NCBI GenBank assembly: GCA_039715015.1
Contig: JBDLIE010000005.1
Location: forward strand, 5,575-69,574
DNA from: Thermodesulfobacteriota bacterium
Lineage (GTDB): Bacteria > Desulfobacterota > Desulfobulbia > Desulfobulbales > SURF-16
DNA: 64,000 bases
Direction of reading: 5' to 3'
The position numbers and the translations under genes are program-made. Positions 35,506 through 44,104 of the stretch are shown here, piece by piece. How positions within the stretch are numbered: the first letter of the stretch is position 1; every line of letters starts with the position of its first letter. Below the pieces are notes generated by a model. The model searched no databases. It had not been told where the DNA came from and saw only the letters and a program-made list of their open reading frames with translations.

Positions 35506-36513
35506 TTACCAGCCTTGGTAGAATTCCTGGCTGTTTCCCTGCTTGATTCGAACTATCTGTGTTTCAAGATCACCTATTTCCCGTTGCCAATACCCTTCTG
35601 TGCCCCAGTCAGGAATAATCGTGCTTGCCGCTTGTCTGTCATGGGATTGATAGGCGCACCAGGCCATGAAATGGATATAACGCATGGCCCGCAAGGGTTC
35701 AATGAGGGCCAGCTCACGCCGGTCAAAAGCTCTAAACACCTCATACCCATCCAGAAAATGTTCTATTTCCTGAAAGCTGTCATCCCGATATCCCGGCAAA
35801 ACCATCCAGAAGTCCTGTACAGCCGGCCCCATAACCATGTCATCAAAATCGATGAGAAGAAAGGATTCCTGGCTACGGTGTAAAATGTTGCCAAAGTGGC
35901 AATCGCCATGGAGGCGGATGGTATCTGCATCGGTAAAGAGTGGCGTAATAAGCTCAAGGAGTTCCCGGCATACCCTTTCAAAAAGAGGGGCCAGTTCGCT
36001 TGGAAAGAAGTCCCCTGATAACAGAAATTCTATCTGTTTACGGGTCATGTGGTCCGGCAAGAGGACGGGGCGGGCCTCGGCTTTTTTGGTGGCGGCAATG
36101 GTATGCATGCGGCCAATAAAACGGCCTAGCTCCTGCCACTGCTCTAATGAGTACTCATCAAGAAAGCGACCGCTCCGCTTTGGGTAGAGGGCATAATAAA
36201 TGGAGTTATGGCAAAAGAGAGTTTGGTCGCCGTTTAAGGAGAGTGGGGAGACCACTGATAATTCTTGTTGGGCAAGCTCACCGACAAAGGCATGCTCTTC
36301 AAGGATGGCCTTTTTGCTCCAGCGGCCCGGACGGTAAAATTTAGCAATGAGCCTCGTTCCATCCTCTTTTTCAAGCTCGTAAACCCTATTTATATAAGAG
36401 TTAAGAGCCAAACAGTAGGGGGTGAAGTGGGATGATGTCGCCGCCTCTGCTGTTGAGATAATCTCATCAGGGCCAAGGGCGGCAAAAGAGTCCATGTCTT
36501 GAATTTTTGGCAA
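35506..36513 (-). CDS. srkA: stress-response Ser/Thr kinase SrkA (YihE/RdoA, APH fold)
   Basis: HGDCHFGNIL catalytic loop, IDFDD, NRVYELE N-lobe. 335 aa. Confidence 0.75.
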   Translation of the reverse strand: MPKIQDMDSFAALGPDEIISTAEAATSSHFTPYCLALNSYINRVYELEKEDGTRLIAKFYRPGRWSKKAILEEHAFVGELAQQELSVVSPLSLNGDQTLFCHNSIYYALYPKRSGRFLDEYSLEQWQELGRFIGRMHTIAATKKAEARPVLLPDHMTRKQIEFLLSGDFFPSELAPLFERVCRELLELITPLFTDADTIRLHGDCHFGNILHRSQESFLLIDFDDMVMGPAVQDFWMVLPGYRDDSFQEIEHFLDGYEVFRAFDRRELALIEPLRAMRYIHFMAWCAYQSHDRQAASTIIPDWGTEGYWQREIGDLETQIVRIKQGNSQEFYQGW

Positions 36514-36528
36514 AATGTTTGGTTGGCA

Positions 36529-37116
36529 CTAGTTGTTTATGACCCGGTAATAACGGCCATGGGCACAGCTTTTACAAAGGGTTTTCCCGTCTGTTTCTAC
36601 TTCGCGGCAATCCTGTACCCAATCACCGCATCCGTCACATTGCACCCTTTTTAAAGGGCGGCCAGGCATATCTGCAGGGGGAATGGTGATCTCTACCTCT
36701 TCAATCTTAAAGAGCTCATCTTCAGGCATGACACGGTAGGCCTCAAGCTGTTGTTTATACTTTCCCTCCGCCTCCGGCACATATTTCTTGGCAAGCTCCC
36801 GGGATTCCTCCCGTGCGGTAATGCGTACGGCTTTACCTGTCTCTAAGTTCACAAAGGTAGCAGCCATGATTCCATAATCCAGCCATTTCAAAGAGCGTTT
36901 GCCCAGGGTGCAACCAGTAACTGTCTGGATGGCATCGGTGGCGCAACGGTCGATTTCAACGAGGACATAAAACTTTTTGCGCTCACTGCCCTTGGGGTCT
37001 GAAATATCTATTTCCCTAAGACCAATCATCGACATGCGAACGCCGATGACCTGTCCGGCACAGACATGGCCGTGGATGGTGGTGGAGTGTTCAAGAAGTT
37101 CTTCGAAAGTCTGCAT
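36529..37116 (-). CDS. FmdE/FwdE-family protein with C-terminal zinc ribbon
   Basis: TIHGHVCAGQVIGVRM is the FmdE signature. The C-terminus is CDGCGDW...CKSCAHG. Confidence 0.75.
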   Translation of the reverse strand: MQTFEELLEHSTTIHGHVCAGQVIGVRMSMIGLREIDISDPKGSERKKFYVLVEIDRCATDAIQTVTGCTLGKRSLKWLDYGIMAATFVNLETGKAVRITAREESRELAKKYVPEAEGKYKQQLEAYRVMPEDELFKIEEVEITIPPADMPGRPLKRVQCDGCGDWVQDCREVETDGKTLCKSCAHGRYYRVINN

Positions 37117-37255
37117 GCTGCCCTCATGGTATAAGTTTGTTGATTCCTAGCATGGGCAACGGCAATTGTCAAAAAGCAATTTGGAATTTGATTAGCATGG
37201 AGCTTCAACCAAACATTGATCATCATGGCGCATGGTTGCATGAACGGCCTGATTT

Positions 37256-37319
37256 GTAGGAGCACCCCAAGGGTATTCGAAGTCTTCGCTTATCTCCTGC
37301 GGGGCACCCGGCCCTCCGG
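37256..37319 (-). repeat. 64-bp dispersed repeat, copy 2 (inverted relative to copy 1)
   Basis: Exact reverse complement of 24374-24437. Confidence 0.95.
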
Positions 37320-37475
37320 CATCGTGTCTCAAGAATGACTGAAGATGAGTGATAATCAAAATTTAGAATGAGATCGTGGCTGTCTCAATACAATCTCTTA
37401 AAGCAAGAAGAAGGGGGAAGATTTTCTGGCCGTGCAGAGAGAAGAGCTCTTTGGCAGTGTTTGTCCTGGTTTTTT

Positions 37476-38666
37476 TTACTCTTCTTTAATGGCCAGTAAA
37501 GGCTCAAGGCGGGCTAAACGGATCACCGGCAGGGCGGCGCCGGCAAGACAAATCAAAACACCAGCCAGGCATCCCAAGGCGCTGATAATGATGTTTTGGC
37601 TCGATGTTAAAGAGGTAGCGCCTAGGCTGGTGAGGAGATTAAAGTCCTCAGCCAGAAAATAGATGAGATAATGGCCGACAAATATACCCAGGCAGGCACC
37701 AATAATACTGATGAAGAATGCCTCACTGAGAAAAAGAGAAATGACGTGTGATTTCTGGGCACCAAGGGCGCGTAGGATACCAACCTCACGCCGCCGTTCG
37801 TTTGCCAGAGCGGAAAAGGTGGACCAAGCCAGAAGAATGGCCAGAAGTGATGAGATTAGAATAGTTATGGTGAATACTCGGACAATATCGCGCAAGGTTG
37901 TGCGAACATCTGCGCCGATATTACCGCGGGTCATAATGCCAACACGTGGATTGATATCACGGATTTTTGCCACCACCCGCTCGACATCAAAGCCTTCTTT
38001 GACTTTGAGAAAGACAATGGATATCTGGCCACGTTTATAGCTACCTAAAGCCTCATCAGTGATATCGTCAAGGTCTTCAAGGCGCATGAACAGGCCGTGG
38101 TCAAGACCGGTACCGGTGACCTCAAGATGATCAACCATCTTTATTTCATTGCCGAAAAGGGCCATTGTGTCGATGAGCCCCAGGTATTCCCAGACATAAT
38201 TGCCCACATAGACCTCTCCTTTCTTGAGAGGGGTAGGGGTTTTTATCCATGGTGTAATGACAAAATCTTCGTCTTGATTAAAGGCGATGATTTGGCCTTC
38301 GATGATAGAACAGCAACCGGAATCTAAGGTGTTAAGGTAGACATGGTAGGTGGAGTCGGCGATCTCATCCATTCCCTTTGTTTCATCATAAATCCCTCTA
38401 TCCATGTAGAAGATCTTTTCCTTGCTCTCAAGGATGAACTCTTCAGCCATGGACTTTGCCTTGGAGGGCACAATAACAATATCGGCTCCCAGCCGTTTTG
38501 TCGCCTGGTCAAGGTCCTCCTGCACAGCCTGCTTAAAGAGCAGAGCGAAAACGAGAAGGGCCACGAGAAGGGCCACGGCAATAACCAGGACGATATTGCG
38601 AAATAATTTACGGGAAAATCCCTTCCAGGCAACAAGGGGAAGGGGAAGTCGACCAGGGTTGGACAT
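37476..38666 (-). CDS. ABC transporter permease, FtsX/MacB type
   Basis: N-terminal TM segment, large periplasmic loop, and a C-terminal FtsX 3-TM bundle (REVGILRALGAQKSHV...). Confidence 0.8.
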   Translation of the reverse strand: MSNPGRLPLPLVAWKGFSRKLFRNIVLVIAVALLVALLVFALLFKQAVQEDLDQATKRLGADIVIVPSKAKSMAEEFILESKEKIFYMDRGIYDETKGMDEIADSTYHVYLNTLDSGCCSIIEGQIIAFNQDEDFVITPWIKTPTPLKKGEVYVGNYVWEYLGLIDTMALFGNEIKMVDHLEVTGTGLDHGLFMRLEDLDDITDEALGSYKRGQISIVFLKVKEGFDVERVVAKIRDINPRVGIMTRGNIGADVRTTLRDIVRVFTITILISSLLAILLAWSTFSALANERRREVGILRALGAQKSHVISLFLSEAFFISIIGACLGIFVGHYLIYFLAEDFNLLTSLGATSLTSSQNIIISALGCLAGVLICLAGAALPVIRLARLEPLLAIKEE

Positions 38667-38688
38667 GTGAAGACCTTAAAGTACAAAT

Positions 38689-38720
38689 AAAGAAAGGGAG
38701 ACCTGAGTCTCCCTTTCTTT
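38689..38720. terminator. palindromic hairpin between the beta-propeller gene and the FtsX gene (possible partial terminator)
   Basis: aaagaaagggagac / gtctccctttcttt, a 14-bp perfect stem with a 4-nt loop. Only a weak T-tract follows. Confidence 0.5.
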
Positions 38721-38745
38721 ATTCAATTATGGTGAAAAGGTTACT

Positions 38746-39894
38746 CTATTTCTTATACTCTGCATCCAAACCACAGAGTACAGCATGAACACCGTCTTCA
38801 CCAGCGCCAATCTCTTCATCATGGCAGGCAAGACATACGGAGGTCGCTTTGCCGACGAATTTCTTGGCCTTCACATCATAGAGCTTGAGCTGACCGTCCA
38901 TCAGATACTCATCTGGAGCAGGCTTAGTACGATCCTGGCAGTCCTCAGCAAAGATGGCCTTGGTCCTGGAGGTAACGACAACGTACTTGTCATCCGGGGT
39001 GAACATGGCGTCATGGGTCTCTTCCAGAGGAGGCATGGTCTCGGCATCAATGGTTTCCAAGGTGTTGGCATCAATAAGGAACATGATGTCACCGGTGGCA
39101 TTGGCAATCATGGAAGAATCGTTTGACCAGTACTGCCTAAAAGAAATAGTCTTCTTCTTGTTGCCGTCAGCAACGCCAGAGGCAAGGAGCTTTACTTTGC
39201 CTTTTTCAAGGGCTTTGGCATCGAGCATTTTCAGGTGCAGTTTGCCGACACCGGTGCCGTAGCTGGCAAGAGAGGAGGAATCACTCTCGTTAATTGTGAT
39301 GAGCATCTTGCTCATGTCTGGAGAGGTGGTGCCGTGAAAGTATTTATAGGGTACTTTGGGGTCAGCCTCAGAGCCTTCCAGGAAAACACGATGTTTGATC
39401 TTGAGATCTTTTTTGGTAAATACATCGATGTAGGCAGGGTTTGACATGGTGATGGGCATGAAATAATCTTTGGTCTGCCCTGATGCGCAGTACATCTTCT
39501 TGGTAACCTTGACTTGCTTCGGGGTGGGAACATTAACGTCCATGATAACCTCACCGGTGCGCAGATCTGTTTTGCCAACGTGGGTTTTGCCAGTGGCTGG
39601 GTCAAGTTTATAGGTAGACCAATACATGGTGTTACGGTCTTTATAATCGATACGGGCATCGTGGACTGGATGGGACTCGCCATCACCAATATCAATTTTA
39701 GTAAGCTCATTACAGGTAATGGGGGACTCTTTAGCTGGGTCTATGGTACAAACGGCCTTGGCAAAATGGCCACCCATGGCTGCTACATAAAAAGTAGCTT
39801 CGTAGGTTTTGCCTGCCATGGCGCCAGTTGCAATTCCTGCAGTGAGAGCAGTAGCGGTTACAGTGCTCAGCAATGCCTTTTTGGAAATCTTCAT
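38746..39894 (-). CDS. secreted beta-propeller-like protein with C-terminal CXXCH motif, function unknown
   Basis: ATG 39894 is preceded by gaggag. Signal peptide MKISKKALLSTVTATALTAGIATGAMA. Recurrent blade-like H-containing motifs (SHPVHDARIDY, FHGTTSPDMSKMLIT, THDAMFTPDDKYVVVTS). SVCLACHDEE lies near the C-terminus. Confidence 0.7.
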   Translation of the reverse strand: MKISKKALLSTVTATALTAGIATGAMAGKTYEATFYVAAMGGHFAKAVCTIDPAKESPITCNELTKIDIGDGESHPVHDARIDYKDRNTMYWSTYKLDPATGKTHVGKTDLRTGEVIMDVNVPTPKQVKVTKKMYCASGQTKDYFMPITMSNPAYIDVFTKKDLKIKHRVFLEGSEADPKVPYKYFHGTTSPDMSKMLITINESDSSSLASYGTGVGKLHLKMLDAKALEKGKVKLLASGVADGNKKKTISFRQYWSNDSSMIANATGDIMFLIDANTLETIDAETMPPLEETHDAMFTPDDKYVVVTSRTKAIFAEDCQDRTKPAPDEYLMDGQLKLYDVKAKKFVGKATSVCLACHDEEIGAGEDGVHAVLCGLDAEYKK

Positions 39895-40082
39895 TTTTTC
39901 TCCTCGCTTGAGTGTTGTCGCGATCTCTGTTGCAATCGCATTAACATTTGGATTCTGGAACAATGTGTCACTGGTAAAGGGATCAGAGAAGCCCTGTAGC
40001 AGCAGGTTTTACGCTCTCTTTTAGACCTCTTTGGTTTTTCTCCAGTTACAGGAAAATCATGTTGCCAGAAAAAATACTTTGT

Positions 40083-40097
40083 GTGACAATCTGTCCC
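40083..40097. promoter_or_regulatory. degenerate GYGAC-N5-GYCAC box (GTGACAATCTGTCCC)
   Basis: Lies 5 nt upstream of the perfect palindrome in the same divergent promoter region. Confidence 0.4.
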
Positions 40098-40098
40098 T

Positions 40099-40119
40099 AG
40101 TGTGACAAATTGTCACACT
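40099..40119. promoter_or_regulatory. 21-bp perfect palindrome agtgtgacaaattgtcacact (core GTGAC-AAATT-GTCAC), candidate operator
   Basis: Read directly. It is located in the divergent intergenic region between the beta-propeller gene and the ABC/TlpA/NosL operon. Confidence 0.65.
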
Positions 40120-40250
40120 GGAAGGTTCCGAAAATAAATGATTGCGAAAAATTTGCAACAAGAAAAAAGAGAAAAACCCTCCCTTTTCTTGTTTAAAGTT
40201 GATTCCTGTTAACGGGGTTATGATCAGTGGCAGGGGCTGGGAAAATAAAA

Positions 40251-40931
40251 ATGTATATCGAATGTGAAAACCTGAACAAAAAATACAAGTCTGAAGGGGC
40301 TGTTTTAACAGCAGTTGATCAAGTCAATCTTCAGGTGAACAAAGGGGAGTTCGTCGTCATCTTGGGTCATTCCGGTTCTGGAAAGACGACGCTTCTATCA
40401 TTAATTGGCGGATTAACCAAGCCCGATGGCGGCACGGTTAGAATCGACAATATTGATAATTGGCAGCAGGCTGATGATGAGCTTGCTGTGATGCGCAATA
40501 AGAAGATCGGCTTTATTTTTCAATTTGCCAGTCTTATCCCCACCCTGACTGTTCTCGAGAATATTCTTTTACCTCTTTCCTTCACAAGCGACCCGCAAGG
40601 GGACAGGCAATATGCATTGGACCTTCTGGAGAGAGTCGGCCTCAGTGGCCGGCAGGATGATCTTCCCGGCCAATTGTCAGGCGGCCAGCAACGCCGTGTC
40701 GCCATTGCCCGTTCTTTTATAAATCGCCCAGATATTATTTTAGCAGACGAACCCACAGGTGATCTGGATGAAGAGACTGAGAAAGAAATTCTTGCCATTT
40801 TTAAGGATTTTAATAAACAGGGGATCACTTTTCTTGTTGTAAGCCATAATAAAGATCTGGCTCTCAGTCAGGACAGACCGCGTATGTTAACCATGAAAAA
40901 CGGCTCTTTAGCTGAGACTTCTTCTCCATGA
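40251..40931 (+). CDS. ABC transporter ATP-binding protein (MacB/LolD-like)
   Basis: Walker A GHSGSGKTT, signature LSGGQQRRVAIAR, Walker B ILADEPTGDLD. An alternative GTG lies at 40227. Confidence 0.9.
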   Translation: MYIECENLNKKYKSEGAVLTAVDQVNLQVNKGEFVVILGHSGSGKTTLLSLIGGLTKPDGGTVRIDNIDNWQQADDELAVMRNKKIGFIFQFASLIPTLTVLENILLPLSFTSDPQGDRQYALDLLERVGLSGRQDDLPGQLSGGQQRRVAIARSFINRPDIILADEPTGDLDEETEKEILAIFKDFNKQGITFLVVSHNKDLALSQDRPRMLTMKNGSLAETSSP

Positions 40932-41422
40932 AAAAACTTTTTTTATTGTGCACCCTGTTGCTATGTTTAGCCGCTTGCGGGCAGTCCCAACAGGCTCCAG
41001 AGCTGCAGGTCGGTGGACCAGCTCCTGGATTTTCCGGCCTTGATATTTCAGGTAATTCCTTTGACCTGGCTGATTTTTCTGGAAAGCCGGTTATTATTCG
41101 TTTTTGGTCAACTGAGTGTAATTACTGCCGGGCAGACACCCCTGTTTTTAATAAGTTGTACGCGAAATATCACGACAAGGGCCTACAAATTGCTTATATT
41201 AATACATTGTCAAGTTTGCCCCAGGTTAAAGAGTTTGTTGCTGATCTTGCTATTACATTCCCTGTCCTCATGGACGAGGATGGAACCATGGCGCGTAGCT
41301 ACCAGGTGAAGCTTGTTCCCCAAACAATAATTATCGATAAAAAACACAACATTGCTGCTGCTATTCTTGGCGGTGTCAGTGAAAAGGAAGTTATGGATTT
41401 GCTTCAGGAGGATTTGAAATAA
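40928..41422 (+). CDS. TlpA/ResA-like periplasmic thioredoxin-fold lipoprotein
   Basis: Lipobox LLCLAAC and the redox motif WSTECNYC (CxxC). Confidence 0.8.
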   Translation: MKKLFLLCTLLLCLAACGQSQQAPELQVGGPAPGFSGLDISGNSFDLADFSGKPVIIRFWSTECNYCRADTPVFNKLYAKYHDKGLQIAYINTLSSLPQVKEFVADLAITFPVLMDEDGTMARSYQVKLVPQTIIIDKKHNIAAAILGGVSEKEVMDLLQEDLK

Positions 41423-41423
41423 A

Positions 41424-41927
41424 ATGAGAACTTTGAAAAACATCTTTGTGGTCCTGTGTCTTGCTTTCTTGGCCTCTTCTGCTGTTGCCGTTGCCGAACC
41501 ATTAGAAAATATTGCCGATGATAGCCGTTGCAATGTCTGTGGTATGTTTGTTGCCAAGTATCCCAATTGGCTCACCCAGGTTCATAGAGCCGATGGACAG
41601 GTTTCCCTTTTTGACGGGGTCAAGGATATGATGGTCTTTTATTTCAACCCAGAGAAATATGGTGCCAAGGCAGACACTTTAAAGGATATTTGGGTAAAAG
41701 ATTATTACACCATGAATTGGCTTGATGGCCGTAAAGCCCTCTACGTTGTTGGTAGTGATGTTCATGGCCCCATGGGCCACGAATTCATCCCCTTTGCCAG
41801 TCATGAAGCAGCGGCATCTTTCTTAAAAGATCATTCTGGTAAAGCCATCCTTGCCTTTGATGATATTACCTCTGAAAAGGTGGAATCCATGCGCATGGGT
41901 ATGAAGATGAAAATGAAGATGAAATAG
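41424..41927 (+). CDS. nosL: NosL-family copper-chaperone-like protein with Met-rich tail
   Basis: The CNVCGMFVAKYPNW signature of the NosL family, a signal peptide, and the C-terminal tail MRMGMKMKMKMK. Confidence 0.75.
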   Translation: MRTLKNIFVVLCLAFLASSAVAVAEPLENIADDSRCNVCGMFVAKYPNWLTQVHRADGQVSLFDGVKDMMVFYFNPEKYGAKADTLKDIWVKDYYTMNWLDGRKALYVVGSDVHGPMGHEFIPFASHEAAASFLKDHSGKAILAFDDITSEKVESMRMGMKMKMKMK

Positions 41928-41953
41928 AGTGCAGCCATCATCTCCATCTTCCT

Positions 41954-42238
41954 GTGCTCTTAATGCGTCCATCCTCCCTTTTTTTCTTTGTTCTTTTCGC
42001 CCTGGCCGTTACTACTGTAACGCTAGCGGCCCATGGCCGTCATCGTGCCCTTAAGGAGAAGGACGCATATTTTGTGCGCGATAGCCTGACCAGAGAACTT
42101 GGTTTAACCGACCTATGTCTGGCCACCGAAGCTCGTTACACCAGACATCCTGCCCTGAGTGATGATCTTGCCCCTTTTATGGATTATCCAGCAGCCCTGG
42201 AGCATTTTCCCTCAGGTCTCTTCTGGGCGCCCAAATGA
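41954..42238 (+). CDS. hypothetical membrane-anchored protein
   Basis: A single N-terminal hydrophobic helix. Overlaps the next gene by 4 nt. No recognisable motif. Confidence 0.4.
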   Translation: MLLMRPSSLFFFVLFALAVTTVTLAAHGRHRALKEKDAYFVRDSLTRELGLTDLCLATEARYTRHPALSDDLAPFMDYPAALEHFPSGLFWAPK

Positions 42239-43416
42239 AAGAATTCCTTGAAAAACAGACCAATATTCTTGATTATGCCCTGGCTTCGCTCTGGCGCCGG
42301 AAGGGGAAGAATCTTAGTGTTTTTTGTGTCTTTACCCTGGTTATCTTTCTCTTAGCCTCTTTCCAGTTTTTAACACGATCTCTGTTGGTGTCTGCTGCTG
42401 ATACTTTGCAGCAGACACCCGAAATCACCGTCCAACGCATGGTTGCCGGTCGTCAGGAAACAATCCCTGTTGCCTATGGTGAAAAGATTAAAGCAATCTT
42501 CGGGGTGACTAGGGTCAGTGAAAGAGTGTGGGGCTATAAATTTAACGAAGTAACCGGCGCCAACCTTACTGTGATGGCTCTTGCCGACTTTTCCAAAGAC
42601 AATCAGGCTGCTCTTGCTGAGGGGCGTTTTTTGGTTCAGGGAGATGCTGGCCAGGCCCTTATTGGTCAAGGGGTTTTAAAAGATCTGGGTTTGGGGAAAC
42701 GGCGCAGCTTTTCTTTTTTTAGACCAGATCTCACCCTGAAATCGTTTTCAGTCAGCGGTATTTTTGCTCCTGCAACCGATATACTGACCTATGATTTGGT
42801 TGTCATGAATATCGGCGATGGCCGTGATCTTTTCGGACTCCAGCCTGATGTGGCCACTGATCTTCTTGTCGAAGTTGGAAACCCTGTGGAGATTGATACC
42901 ATTGCTAAGAAAATCTCAACGATCTTGCCAGATACCAGAGTGGTTACCCGTCCGCAGATTTTAATGACATACCAGGCTGTTTTTAGCTGGCGTTCAGGTT
43001 TTGCTTCAGTGTGTCTGTTAACAGCTCTTGCTGCCTTTATTATCTTGGCCTGGGACAAGGCCTCCGGCATGTCGCCTGAAGAACGGCGGGAAATTTCTAT
43101 TCTGAAAATCCTTGGTTGGCAGACCCCTGATGTTTTAGCAGTTCGGTTCTGGGAAAGTTTTGCCATGGCACTGGTTGCCTTTGTCTCTGGTAATATTCTG
43201 GCCTATATCCATATTGGTTATTTCCATGCAGCCCTTTTTCGTTCGGTGATGATGGGTTGGTCTGTGCTCCGTCCCACTCTTGATATTGTTCCGGCTGTAT
43301 ATTCTACGGACCTTTTCTTGCTCTTTTCTCTCTCCGTGCTTCCTTATTTGGCAGCCACGGTAATCCCTGCCTGGCGCTGTGCCTCAGTTGCCACTGATTC
43401 TGCGCTGAGGGGGTAA
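42235..43416 (+). CDS. ABC transporter permease, FtsX/MacB type (second copy)
   Basis: Same architecture as 37476-38666. C-terminal REISILKILGWQTPDV FtsX region. Confidence 0.8.
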   Translation: MKEFLEKQTNILDYALASLWRRKGKNLSVFCVFTLVIFLLASFQFLTRSLLVSAADTLQQTPEITVQRMVAGRQETIPVAYGEKIKAIFGVTRVSERVWGYKFNEVTGANLTVMALADFSKDNQAALAEGRFLVQGDAGQALIGQGVLKDLGLGKRRSFSFFRPDLTLKSFSVSGIFAPATDILTYDLVVMNIGDGRDLFGLQPDVATDLLVEVGNPVEIDTIAKKISTILPDTRVVTRPQILMTYQAVFSWRSGFASVCLLTALAAFIILAWDKASGMSPEERREISILKILGWQTPDVLAVRFWESFAMALVAFVSGNILAYIHIGYFHAALFRSVMMGWSVLRPTLDIVPAVYSTDLFLLFSLSVLPYLAATVIPAWRCASVATDSALRG

Positions 43417-43420
43417 GTTC

Positions 43421-44104
43421 ATGATTGTTGAGCTCGAGGATATTGTTAAGATTTATAACCAGGGTGAGGCTAATGAAGTAACGGCCCTTGAGCAGGTTGA
43501 TCTCACCATTGAGCATGGCTCCATGGTCTGTCTCAAGGGGCCCAGTGGCTCGGGGAAATCGACACTGCTTTCCATTATTGGCTGTATTTATCCGCCTACC
43601 AGCGGCAGGGCCGTTATAGGCGGCAAGCAGTTGTCACGTCTGCCAGATCGTTTTTTGACCATCCACCGCCGGCAGACCATCGGCTTTATCTTTCAACAAT
43701 TCAATATTTTGCCGAAGCTTTCTGTTTTTGAGAATATTGTTCTGCCTCTTCTGCCTTTGGGGGTCTCTCCTGCAAAGCGAAGAGCCATGGCTGAACCTCT
43801 GCTTGAACGTTTTGCCATTAAGCATCGTCAGAATTTTCCTGCCGGCTCTATTTCTGGCGGTGAACTGCAAAGAGTCGCAATTGCCAGGGCCTTAATTAAT
43901 AATCCGCCTATCATCATTGCCGATGAACCCACAGCACATCTTGATAGCAACCTTACCAGGGGTTTTCTGCAAACAATGATGGAGCTGAAGGAGGAGGGGA
44001 AAACCATCATTATTGCCTCCCACGACCCGCTTGTCACCGAAGATGCCAGAGTGGACAAGATGTTTAATGTTCTGGATGGCAGGGTGAGCCAGGATGTTTC
44101 TTAA
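43421..44104 (+). CDS. ABC transporter ATP-binding protein (second copy)
   Basis: GPSGSGKST, ISGGELQRVAIAR, IIADEPTAHLD. Confidence 0.9.
   Translation: MIVELEDIVKIYNQGEANEVTALEQVDLTIEHGSMVCLKGPSGSGKSTLLSIIGCIYPPTSGRAVIGGKQLSRLPDRFLTIHRRQTIGFIFQQFNILPKLSVFENIVLPLLPLGVSPAKRRAMAEPLLERFAIKHRQNFPAGSISGGELQRVAIARALINNPPIIIADEPTAHLDSNLTRGFLQTMMELKEEGKTIIIASHDPLVTEDARVDKMFNVLDGRVSQDVS

Noticed and set aside
38746-39963. Upstream ATG at 39963 as the start of the beta-propeller protein
   Set aside because: The extra 23 residues have no signal-peptide character. ATG 39894 has a gaggag RBS and is followed immediately by a canonical signal peptide.
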